Assembly (NCBI GenBank): GCA_016839765.1
Contig: JAEOTP010000084.1
Coordinates: 1-25,831 of the forward strand
Source of the DNA: Promethearchaeota archaeon
Lineage (GTDB): Archaea; Asgardarchaeota; Lokiarchaeia; Sigyniarchaeales; SOKP01
Length of the DNA: 25,831 bases
Direction: 5' to 3'
Both the position numbers and the translations under genes were made by a program. The notes beneath the pieces are model-generated. The model was not told the DNA's origin. It saw only the letters and a list, made by a program, of their open reading frames with translations, and did not search any database. Numbering within the stretch: the stretch's first letter is position 1; each line of letters opens with the position of its first letter. Positions 17,318 to 25,831 of this stretch are shown here, in pieces.

Positions 17318-18325
17318 ATGGAATATAATATTGATACGAGACGTGTTCAACAAACAGGTGGATCTTCTTATATTATAAGTCTCCCAAAGGAATGGATTGC
17401 AAAGCATGGTATCGAAGCAAAAGATACTGTTGGTGTACTATCTCAACCTGATGGTAATTTATTAATTACTCCCTATATAAGCTCTCAAGAGTATGTAAAA
17501 GAGAAATTAATTGATGTAGATGATATAAATAACACTAATTTCTTATTTCGATTGCTAATTGGGGCTTATATTATGGGTTATACTATAATAAAAATTAAAA
17601 CGAGTAGAACGAAATTTGAATCAGAAATTAGAGAGTGTATCGAAAGTTTTATTAACATTGCTGTGGGACCAGAAATTATAGAAGAAACTAATCAATATGT
17701 ATTTATTAAAGATTTACTTAATCCTAAAGAAATGCCTTTTGAAAAAACTATTAAGCGTATGTATATCTTAGCTCAATCTATGCATGAGGATGCTGTTAAG
17801 GCCTTAGAAGCAGGAGATAGAGATTTAGCTGATAAGGTTATCAATAGAGATGATCAAGTAGATAGACTTAACTGGTTGGTTGAACGTCAATCCCATATAG
17901 TCCTGAGGGATATAATTTTATGTCAAAAAATGAATATTACGTTAGAAGATGCGAGTAATTTTCAATTAATAAGTAAATTCTTAGAGCGAATTGGAGACCA
18001 CGCAGTTAAAATAGCGAAAAATGTTTTAAAAATAGATTATAAAATCATTGACAAAAAATTATTTAGAAGTATCACAAATGCAAGTAAAATTTCATTAGAA
18101 TTACTTAACATCAGTTTAGATGCATGGCTTCAAAAAGATTTAAGGCTTGCTAATGAAAATATTGAATCGATTAAAACCTTGACAAATGCTTGTGAAAAAA
18201 TTAGATTTAATTCAGAGAATATTGCCCAATTCGCTGTCGAAATCGGGTATATTATTGAAAGCATAAGAAGAACAGGAGAATATTCAGCAGATATTTCTGA
18301 AATTATAATAAATAATCTTATCTGA
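17318..18325 (+). CDS. phoU: Archaeal phosphate uptake regulator (AbrB DNA-binding domain plus PhoU domains)
   Basis: N-terminal RRVQQTGGSSYIISLPKEW (AbrB/MazE-like), then PhoU motifs RDDQVDRL, LERIGDHA and IRRTGEYSADISE. Confidence 0.9.
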   Translation: MEYNIDTRRVQQTGGSSYIISLPKEWIAKHGIEAKDTVGVLSQPDGNLLITPYISSQEYVKEKLIDVDDINNTNFLFRLLIGAYIMGYTIIKIKTSRTKFESEIRECIESFINIAVGPEIIEETNQYVFIKDLLNPKEMPFEKTIKRMYILAQSMHEDAVKALEAGDRDLADKVINRDDQVDRLNWLVERQSHIVLRDIILCQKMNITLEDASNFQLISKFLERIGDHAVKIAKNVLKIDYKIIDKKLFRSITNASKISLELLNISLDAWLQKDLRLANENIESIKTLTNACEKIRFNSENIAQFAVEIGYIIESIRRTGEYSADISEIIINNLI

Positions 18326-18333
18326 TTTTTTAA

Positions 18334-18639
18334 TTAAGGCTTAAAATTTCTTCTTATACTAATTAAAGTTGTTGTTGTCTCTATCCACTTTCTTAAATCA
18401 TTATCAGTTCTACAAAATGAAATAATTTTATCTAAATCTTCTAAACTACTGAAAATGCATTCTATTAATAAATCCCATCCACCATAAGTAGGAGTAGCAT
18501 AAGAGATTTTCCAATTTTCACCAGAGTTGTTTAAATTAAATTCTTTTAACTTTTTAACAATATCCCATTGAGTATCAATAATCCTAAGCCGAATCAAAAT
18601 ATATCCACGATAATAAATTAATTTAACACCTGAATCCAT
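18334..18639 (-). CDS. Stand-alone Lrp/AsnC ligand-binding (RAM) domain protein
   Basis: GYILI...TYGGWDLLIE...LEDLDKII...IETTTTLI pattern, with no HTH domain. Confidence 0.7.
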   Translation of the reverse strand: MDSGVKLIYYRGYILIRLRIIDTQWDIVKKLKEFNLNNSGENWKISYATPTYGGWDLLIECIFSSLEDLDKIISFCRTDNDLRKWIETTTTLISIRRNFKP

Positions 18640-18856
18640 TAGTTTTACTTATTTTCTTTGCCAAATCTCTAAGTATTTATAAAAATTAGTAAGTTTTTTA
18701 ATATTTTTCAAGCTTTCTATTAAGATAGAAATAATTAATTTTAGAATAAGATTAATTTTAAGATAAAAAATCTTGCACAATTTTTTTATATAAGTTTATA
18801 AAAATATGATTAAACAAGTTATCTTTTTAATTTCTTTAGCAAAAAGGGAAAATTGT

Positions 18857-19816
18857 ATGAATAAAAATGAAATTTTATCTAAAAAATTGTTCCTATTCAT
18901 CGTTATTATAGCAGTAATTACTTTTTTTGTTGGTCTAATTTTAATATTACTAGGATATAATATCACCATTTGTGAATTTTTCTACAATAATGATATAACC
19001 TATACGATTTTCACCGCAATAAGCTATCTAGGAGACACCACTTTTTTAATAGTAGTAATAGTAATAGTATGGTATGTCTACGACGTTACCTTTGCGAAAA
19101 ATTTAGCATTAAGCCTTTTAGGTTCATATTTTGTTAATTCAATTGCAAAAGATATTGGACAGGATCCAAGACCATGGACAAATATAAAGGCAAATGTTGA
19201 AGGACCTGGTTTTCCTTCAGGACATTCTCAACAGGGGGTAGCGGGATATGGATATATAGGTTATGAGGCTTATCAAAAGAATAATAAGGTAATTTCATGG
19301 ATTTTCATAATTCTTGTATATTTAATAGCGATTTCAAGAGTAATAATAGGGGTTCATGATCTTCAAGATATTTGGGGAGGATTATTATTTGGAATGATAT
19401 GGTTAACAATTTTCATAGTATTAGAACCAAAAGTTTCAGAAATTATAACCAAGTTTAGTTTAATGATCAAAATATTATTATCAATAATCATTCCTATTGT
19501 ATTATTCATTATAGCTATTTTAATCTTCCCATACACTGAACTTGATTACGGGTTAATGTGTGGTGGTATGATGGGTTTATCTTTAGGATACATTATAGGA
19601 AATGAGAAAATTGGATATGATCCAAAAGAAATTAGTACAATGCAAAAATTAATTAACTTTGCAATAGGGATTGTAATTACGTTAGGTCTTTATTTAGGTT
19701 TAGGATTCATTCCTTTAGATGATTTAGGTCAAATTTGGGATTTTATCCAGTATTTCATCTTAGCAATACTATTAACTACTTTAGTCCCTTGGTTATTCAC
19801 AAAAATTCAACGATAG
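18857..19816 (+). CDS. PAP2-family membrane phosphatase
   Basis: All three PAP2 motifs (KDIGQDPRP, FPSGHS, SRVIIGVHDLQD) and multiple TM helices. The ATG at 18857 follows AAGGGA; 18806 is an alternative start. Confidence 0.9.
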   Translation: MNKNEILSKKLFLFIVIIAVITFFVGLILILLGYNITICEFFYNNDITYTIFTAISYLGDTTFLIVVIVIVWYVYDVTFAKNLALSLLGSYFVNSIAKDIGQDPRPWTNIKANVEGPGFPSGHSQQGVAGYGYIGYEAYQKNNKVISWIFIILVYLIAISRVIIGVHDLQDIWGGLLFGMIWLTIFIVLEPKVSEIITKFSLMIKILLSIIIPIVLFIIAILIFPYTELDYGLMCGGMMGLSLGYIIGNEKIGYDPKEISTMQKLINFAIGIVITLGLYLGLGFIPLDDLGQIWDFIQYFILAILLTTLVPWLFTKIQR

Positions 19817-19855
19817 GGAAGTATTTTTTAATTTTAAAAATCAATTTTTTTTATT

Positions 19856-22800
19856 TTACCAATAAATTTCTTTTAACGATTGATGATATTCATTGAGAGA
19901 TTTTATCTCAACCTTTTTCTTCCGGAATTTTTCAATAGCATTTATAATAGCTTCAGCTAATTGCAAGTTAATTATAACAGGTATATTAAAATCAATAGCC
20001 ATCCTTCTAATCTTATATTCATCTTCCATAATAGTATTAAATTTTTCTTCTACAGTTGTGGGAAGAGGTATATTAATAACCATATCGATGCGACCGTTTT
20101 GTAAACAACTCATAATATTAGGTTCCATTCCCTGTTCATGAACTTTATAAAGCCGTACAGCTTCAATTCCATTATTGTTTAGAGCTCTTTTTGTGTCTTC
20201 CGTTGCAAAAATAGTAAATCCTAACTCCTTAATTATTTTAGCTAAGGGTATAACCTGTTTTTTTAATTGTTCTCCACCCACTGAGATTAAAATATTCCCC
20301 CCTTCAATAGGTATTTCCTGTTCTGTCGCTTCTAAAGCTTTAATTAGTGCTTCGGGGAAGTCCTTACCCATACAGGCTATCTCTCCTGTGGAAGCCATCT
20401 CAACCCCCAAAATAGGATCTGCTTTGTCTAATCTCATAAAAGAGAACATTGGAGCTTTTACCGATACAAAATTTCCGTAGGGGAGGTTTTTCAATTTATT
20501 AGGAATCAACTTTCCCATAATAATCTCAGCTGCTAGTTTCATGAGATTAATTCCTCTAGTTTTAGACACATAAGGCATACTACGACTAGATCTTAAATTA
20601 CACTCAATTACATATACTTCTCCGTTTTTAACTAAGTATTGAACGTTGAATGGGCCCTGAATTTTAAGAGCAAGTGCAATCTTATTTGTATACTCTTCAA
20701 TTTTTTTGATTATATTCTCTGAAATGGTTTGAGGGGGGATTGCCATATTTGCATCACCAGAATGAACACCTGCGTTCTCAATATGTTCAACTATTGCTCC
20801 AATAAATACATTTTCACCATCACAGACCCCATCGCATTCAATTTCCCTCGCATTTGTAAAAAATTTTGTTATTACAACGGGATATTCTTTTGATACTGAA
20901 GCAGCAAGATCGAGAGTATCTTGTAAAGTTTTTTCATCATAAGAAACTCTCATAGCAGCTCCGCTTAATACATAAGAAGGTCTTACTAAGATAGGGTATC
21001 CTACTATCTTGGCAAACTTTAGAGCATCTTCCTTTGTTGTTAATGCTTTCCATTTTGGTTGCCTTATTTCTAATTGATCTAATAATGCACTGAATTTACT
21101 TCTATCTTCTGCCATATCTATCCGTGTGCCATGAGTGCCAAGAATCTTTAAATTTGTTTTCCGAAAGAATTCTGAATATTTTGCAAATTTAGCTGCTAAA
21201 TTGTTGGCAATTTGACCTCCTGCTGAAACAACAATACCCATGGCTTTTTCTAATTCACAAATATCAAGAACTCTCTCTCCAGATAATTCTTCAAAATATA
21301 ATTTATCTGAAACATCATAATCAGTAGAAACCGTCTCTGGATTATAGTTTATCATAATTGCTTGATCAATTCCTAATTTCTTCAAACCCCATAGACAATT
21401 TACTGATCCCCAGTCAAATTCTACTGAAGCCCCAATACGATATGTTCCGGAGCCTAAAACTATTACTTTTTTAAGATTAGATTTATATTCTTGCTCAAAA
21501 TCGATGTCATGTTCTGAAGCACTATAAGTAAGATAAAGATAATTTGTTTTTGCCGGCCATTCGGCTGCTAAAGTATCAATTCTCTTTACAAAAGGATGGA
21601 TATTTAACTTTCTACGCATTTGTCTTATAAAAATAGTATCTACTCCCATTATTTTAGCAATTTGACCATCTGAGAAGCCAAATCTTTTAGCCCTTTCTAA
21701 CCAATATTTTTTTTCAGCATCGCTAGATTTTAATAAACCAATATCTTGTATTTGGCGTTCAATATCAATTATATTTTTTAATTTGTAAAGAAACCATTTA
21801 TCAACTCTGGTCAAACGATATATTTCTTCTATTGTAATACCCCTTTTAATAGCCTCTCCAATTCTAAAAAGTCTTAAATCAGTAGGATTTTTTAGTGCAT
21901 ATTTTAATTCATTAATATCTTCAATAGGCTCCAGTTCATTCGCTACAAATCCTTTCATTCCAATATCTAACATTCTTATAGCCTTCTGGATAACTTCTTC
22001 GAATGTTCTACCTATCGCCATTACTTCACCAACGCTTTTCATCTGAGATCCAATTCTACGATCAACCTTCTGGAATTTTGTCATATCCCATCTAGGGATT
22101 TTTAGTACCAAATAATCCAATGCTGGTTCAAAGCAGGCTGTTGTGATACCCGTTATTTTGTTTTTTAATTCTGGTAAGGTATAACCGATAGCTAACTTCG
22201 CTGCTATGTATGCCAATGGATATCCTGTGGCTTTTGAAGCCAGTGCTGAGGATCTAGAAAGACGGGCATTTACTTCGATCACCCGAAATTCTTTAGAGAA
22301 AGGATCTAAAGCATATTGAATATTACACTCTCCAATTATTCCTAAATTTCTTATTACACGTATAGAAGCTGAACGAAGCATATGGTACTCTTCATTTGTT
22401 AATGTTTGAGAGGGAGCGATTACAATACTCTCTCCAGTATGAATACCTACTGGGTCAAAATTTTCCATATTACAATTGATAAAACAATTATCTAATGAAT
22501 CCCTCACTACTTCATACTCAATTTCCTTCCAACCCCAAACAGATTCTTCAATAAGGATCTGGTTAATTCTTGATTGAGCTAAGCCCCTTCTTGCCATTCT
22601 TTCAAAATCTTTCATATTTTCAACAATTCCTGATCCTCTCCCTCCCAATGTATAAGCAACTCTAATCATGAGAGGGAAACCAAATACTTTAGTCGCTTTT
22701 ATAGCTTCTTTATAAGAGGTAACCGCTACGCTTCTGCAAACTTTAGCGTTTGCCCTATTCATTGCCTGTACAAATAAATCTCGATCTTCAGTGGCCTCAA

Positions 22801-23167
22801 TTGCTTCAATAGGGGTTCCCAAGACTCTAATATTATATTTTTCTAAAATACCAAGTTCTTTTAATTCAACACCAACATTAAGAGCTGTTTGCCCACCGAA
22901 AGCTAATAATATACCATCAGGTCTTTCTTTTTTGATTACTTCTTCTACATAAGTTACATTAATAGGAAGTAAATATACACGATCTGATAATTGCGGGTCA
23001 GTTTGAATGGTTGCTATATTAGGATTAATTAAAATAGTCTCAATTCCTTCTTCTTTAAGAGCTTTTAATACTTGGCTGCCAGAGTAATCAAATTCTCCTG
23101 CTTGACCAATACGTATACCTCCAGAACCAAGAACCAATGCTTTTTTTATTGTTCTATCTAAGGGCAT
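19856..23167 (-). CDS. carB: Carbamoyl-phosphate synthase large subunit
   Basis: GSGGIRIGQAGEFDYSG, two ATP-grasp halves (IEVNARLSRSSALASKATGYP, IECNLRSSRSMP) and a C-terminal MGS-like domain. Confidence 0.98.
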   Translation of the reverse strand: MPLDRTIKKALVLGSGGIRIGQAGEFDYSGSQVLKALKEEGIETILINPNIATIQTDPQLSDRVYLLPINVTYVEEVIKKERPDGILLAFGGQTALNVGVELKELGILEKYNIRVLGTPIEAIEATEDRDLFVQAMNRANAKVCRSVAVTSYKEAIKATKVFGFPLMIRVAYTLGGRGSGIVENMKDFERMARRGLAQSRINQILIEESVWGWKEIEYEVVRDSLDNCFINCNMENFDPVGIHTGESIVIAPSQTLTNEEYHMLRSASIRVIRNLGIIGECNIQYALDPFSKEFRVIEVNARLSRSSALASKATGYPLAYIAAKLAIGYTLPELKNKITGITTACFEPALDYLVLKIPRWDMTKFQKVDRRIGSQMKSVGEVMAIGRTFEEVIQKAIRMLDIGMKGFVANELEPIEDINELKYALKNPTDLRLFRIGEAIKRGITIEEIYRLTRVDKWFLYKLKNIIDIERQIQDIGLLKSSDAEKKYWLERAKRFGFSDGQIAKIMGVDTIFIRQMRRKLNIHPFVKRIDTLAAEWPAKTNYLYLTYSASEHDIDFEQEYKSNLKKVIVLGSGTYRIGASVEFDWGSVNCLWGLKKLGIDQAIMINYNPETVSTDYDVSDKLYFEELSGERVLDICELEKAMGIVVSAGGQIANNLAAKFAKYSEFFRKTNLKILGTHGTRIDMAEDRSKFSALLDQLEIRQPKWKALTTKEDALKFAKIVGYPILVRPSYVLSGAAMRVSYDEKTLQDTLDLAASVSKEYPVVITKFFTNAREIECDGVCDGENVFIGAIVEHIENAGVHSGDANMAIPPQTISENIIKKIEEYTNKIALALKIQGPFNVQYLVKNGEVYVIECNLRSSRSMPYVSKTRGINLMKLAAEIIMGKLIPNKLKNLPYGNFVSVKAPMFSFMRLDKADPILGVEMASTGEIACMGKDFPEALIKALEATEQEIPIEGGNILISVGGEQLKKQVIPLAKIIKELGFTIFATEDTKRALNNNGIEAVRLYKVHEQGMEPNIMSCLQNGRIDMVINIPLPTTVEEKFNTIMEDEYKIRRMAIDFNIPVIINLQLAEAIINAIEKFRKKKVEIKSLNEYHQSLKEIYW

Positions 23168-23169
23168 TT

Positions 23170-24303
23170 TTATAACCCCAAAAGTTCAATAAATTTATCA
23201 AATAAATATAGAGAATCTAAAGGTCCTGGTGAAGCTTCTGGATGGAATTGGACTGCAAAAATAGGTTTATCTTCAGAAATTAAACCTTCATTCGAATTAT
23301 CATCGATATTCTCAAGAAATCCCTTAAAACCACCTTTTTCGAAATCTCTAATACAAAACCCATGATTTTGTGAAGTTATATAACATTGTTTTGTATTAGG
23401 ATTAATAACAGTTTTATTACCACCCCGATGTCCATATTTTAGTTTATAAGAAGATCCACCTGCAGCTAAACCTATAATCTGATTACCTAGGCATATACCC
23501 ATAGTGGGAATTGCATTTTTAATGAGTTTTTGAGCGACTTCAATCGCATTTCTATATATAGCTGGATCTCCGGGACCATTTGAAATTAATACTCCATCTG
23601 GGTTAAATTCCATAATACTCTCAAAGGTGTAGTTATATGGAACTAGAATTACATTTATTCTCCTTTTTACAAGATTTCTGAGTATATTATTTTTTACTCC
23701 TAAATCTAATACTATTACTTTTCCTTTAGGATTAGATGGAGTAAAATATTTTATTTCTTTCGTTGAAACTTCACTTGCTAAGTGCCTAAGGTTAGGATCT
23801 TTTACTTTTTTAACATCTTCTTTTAATTCTTCAATATTTGGAATTTCCCCTGGATTAAAAACAGTAAGTAAACCAACTTGTACTCCTTCTTCTCTTAAAA
23901 TTTTAGTAATTGCTCTTGTATCAACCCATTCTATTCCAGGAATATCTTCTTCCAGAAGAAATTCATTAAGAGTTTTAATACTTTCATAATGACTTGGATT
24001 TTTACAACATTCATTTACTACAAAGCCACTTACTTTAATTGAATCTGACTCAAAATATTTATGAATGCTATATATATCTTTTTCCCAAGCAGGAACTCCA
24101 TAATTACCAACTAAAGGGTGCGTCATTACAACTATTTGACCCTTGTATGATGGATCTGTAAGAGTTTCATTATAACCAGCTCCCGTAATTGTAGTAAAAA
24201 CAATTTCTCCTCCTACTTTTTTTGTTGCTCCAAAGCTGACACCTTCAAAATACCGCCCATCTTGAAGCATTAAAATAGCTGGTCTTTCTTTTTTATAAAG
24301 CAT
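23170..24303 (-). CDS. carA: Carbamoyl-phosphate synthase small (glutaminase) subunit
   Basis: TDPSYKGQI, SNGPGDP, catalytic GICLGNQ, TSQNHGF and VQFHPEASPGP. Confidence 0.97.
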   Translation of the reverse strand: MLYKKERPAILMLQDGRYFEGVSFGATKKVGGEIVFTTITGAGYNETLTDPSYKGQIVVMTHPLVGNYGVPAWEKDIYSIHKYFESDSIKVSGFVVNECCKNPSHYESIKTLNEFLLEEDIPGIEWVDTRAITKILREEGVQVGLLTVFNPGEIPNIEELKEDVKKVKDPNLRHLASEVSTKEIKYFTPSNPKGKVIVLDLGVKNNILRNLVKRRINVILVPYNYTFESIMEFNPDGVLISNGPGDPAIYRNAIEVAQKLIKNAIPTMGICLGNQIIGLAAGGSSYKLKYGHRGGNKTVINPNTKQCYITSQNHGFCIRDFEKGGFKGFLENIDDNSNEGLISEDKPIFAVQFHPEASPGPLDSLYLFDKFIELLGL

Positions 24304-24548
24304 TGACTCTTTTGTAAGGTTCTTCTTTATTCTCTTTAAAATAAAGATAGCTAATCCTTTTTTTTAAGATTATTTATTAACTAGTTAAACAAATTGTATT
24401 ATAGATAGAGCTATTTTATAATTTGATGTGTATCTGCCATAGTTTTAAAAAATTCATATTTGGTGTTTCCTATAGCTTGAATAAGAAACTTTGAAAAAAT
24501 TTAACTAAAATAAAAAAAAAGAGCTTAAGGTTTTAATTAATAAAAATT

Positions 24549-25106
24549 CTATTTATTTTTTGACTTAAAAACAATAGCGGGTTTAGTTCTCTGAGAATAA
24601 GTGAAGTTGTCGGCATTTTTAATATTTCCATATTTTGATTCTAACTCTTTCAATATGCCCGAATCTAACGCTCTTGTGCGACAAGTTTCAATACATACAG
24701 GTAACTTGCCTTCTAAATGTCTGTCCAAACAAAAATTGCATTTTCGCATTTTTGCTCCTTTTTCAGGCCCAAATTGAGGGGCATCATAGGGGCATGCTTT
24801 TAAACACTTTGAATCACATTCTTCATTACCTAAGCATTTATCACTATCAACAAGAACAATTCCATCTTCTTCTCTTTTAGTGATTGCATTCACAGGACAT
24901 ATTGATATACAAACTGGATCTTCACAATGAAAACAAGGATTAATAAGATAGCTTACAAATACATTAGGAAATTTTCCTTTCTCATTATAAAGAATTCTCA
25001 TCCATTTTTCTGGACCAGCTGGAATGTCATGCCAATCTTTACAAGCTATAACGCACGCAGAACATCCAATGCATCTAGTTTGATCAAAGTAAAAACCAAA
25101 TTGCAT
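24549..25106 (-). CDS. dmsB: DmsB-like four-cluster 4Fe-4S electron transfer subunit
   Basis: MQFGFYFDQTRCIGCSACVIACKDW, CFHCEDPVCISICP, KCNFC and PVCIETC. The ATG at 25106 follows AGGAGG at 25115-25120. Confidence 0.88.
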   Translation of the reverse strand: MQFGFYFDQTRCIGCSACVIACKDWHDIPAGPEKWMRILYNEKGKFPNVFVSYLINPCFHCEDPVCISICPVNAITKREEDGIVLVDSDKCLGNEECDSKCLKACPYDAPQFGPEKGAKMRKCNFCLDRHLEGKLPVCIETCRTRALDSGILKELESKYGNIKNADNFTYSQRTKPAIVFKSKNK

Positions 25107-25110
25107 ACTA

Positions 25111-25830
25111 TCAGCCTCCTTTAAATTTTTTAAATTCAACTAAACACGAGTTTAAAGCAGATGCACCACCGGGAGAGTATGCATCTTTTGTTAAAGTATT
25201 AACACATCCACCTCGATCAATACCATTTTCATCCGGATCGTACCATGATCCTTCAAAAATACTAATTACTCCTGGAATTATTCTTTCTGTTAACCATGCT
25301 TTAATTGTGAGTTTTCCTCTATCATTGAATACAAGTATTTCATCCCCATCTTTTACTCCTCTTACCTCAGCGTCAATAGGATTAATCCATGCTAAATGAG
25401 CTTCAACTTCTTTAAGCCATTGAACTAAATATAATTCTGAATGAACCCTATTTTTAGGATGTGGTGATAATAATTGTAAGGGGTATTTTTTACTTAAAGG
25501 GTCATAGCGTCCTTCCCATCTTTCCATATATTTAGGAATAGGAGGATTTTTAGGATCATTTAGATCCGCAATTCTTTGAGAAAATATCTCAATCTTACCT
25601 GATGGCGTTTTAAATGGTTTATTTTCAATATCTTCGATCTGATCTCTAAATGCCACATAAGGTTCTTCGAGTTTAAGTCGATGAATTCCATCTTGTCTAA
25701 ACTTACTAATATATCTTATTTTCTTTCTAGTGTCTTCTCTTAATTTAATTAAAAATTTTAAAGTTTTATTCTCGTCGGGGTATTTTTCAAATTCTTCTAA
25801 TCCAAGCTTATCTGCCAATTCTTCGGCAAT
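25111..25830 (-). CDS. dmsA: DmsA-like molybdopterin oxidoreductase catalytic subunit, C-terminal part (5' end outside the window)
   Basis: TPSGKIEIFS, YPLQLLSPHPKNRVHS, WINPIDAEVRGVKDGD and DRGGCVNTLT (molybdopterin dinucleotide-binding domain). The frame stays open to the window edge. Confidence 0.85.
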   Translation of the reverse strand: MAEELADKLGLEEFEKYPDENKTLKFLIKLREDTRKKIRYISKFRQDGIHRLKLEEPYVAFRDQIEDIENKPFKTPSGKIEIFSQRIADLNDPKNPPIPKYMERWEGRYDPLSKKYPLQLLSPHPKNRVHSELYLVQWLKEVEAHLAWINPIDAEVRGVKDGDEILVFNDRGKLTIKAWLTERIIPGVISIFEGSWYDPDENGIDRGGCVNTLTKDAYSPGGASALNSCLVEFKKFKGG

Positions 25831-25831
25831 T

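Noticed and set aside
24304-24363. Open frame of 20 codons upstream of carA (possible N-terminal extension or leader peptide)
   Set aside because: There is no canonical start and no attenuator structure, and CarA homology begins at the annotated ATG.
25108-25120. DmsA ends GGA GGC TGA TAG, suggesting possible selenocysteine readthrough
   Set aside because: The sequence is explained by the AGGAGG RBS of dmsB. There is no Cys-equivalent position and I saw no SECIS-like element.
1-25831. CRISPR arrays, tRNA or rRNA genes, transposases and integrases
   Set aside because: I saw no regularly spaced repeats, GC-rich structured islands or recombinase motifs; all intergenic gaps are short and AT-rich.

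Overview
This is an AT-rich (about 30% GC by eye), gene-dense prokaryotic window, most likely from an Asgard archaeon of the Lokiarchaeia type. That assignment is inferred from two Rab-like small GTPases, an AbrB-PhoU regulator, a stand-alone Lrp/AsnC ligand-binding domain, a eukaryote-like CarAB and GGTGA-type ribosome binding sites. Genes in order: glnA; DUF3303-like protein; DUF998-like membrane protein; MFS transporter; HEAT-like protein; fused Fe-S L-serine dehydratase; heterodimeric ABC exporter pair; hypothetical protein; small GTPase, ArsC/LMWP, small GTPase; UvrD/PcrA helicase; CoiA-like nuclease; SAM methyltransferase; PhoU regulator; RAM-domain protein; PAP2 phosphatase; carB and carA; and the 3' part of a DmsAB-like molybdopterin oxidoreductase operon. 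I saw no rRNA, tRNA, CRISPR array or transposase. Three observations stand out. (1) The UvrD helicase ends in a basic linker plus an FxxA motif like the RadA/RAD51-binding motif, and sits next to a CoiA-like nuclease, making it a candidate Srs2-like recombination-control module. (2) A decayed copy of the ABC gene's 3' end lies on the far side of the serine dehydratase gene, giving a 22-bp direct repeat with an overlapping hairpin that suggests an insertion scar. (3) The serine dehydratase probably starts at ATA.
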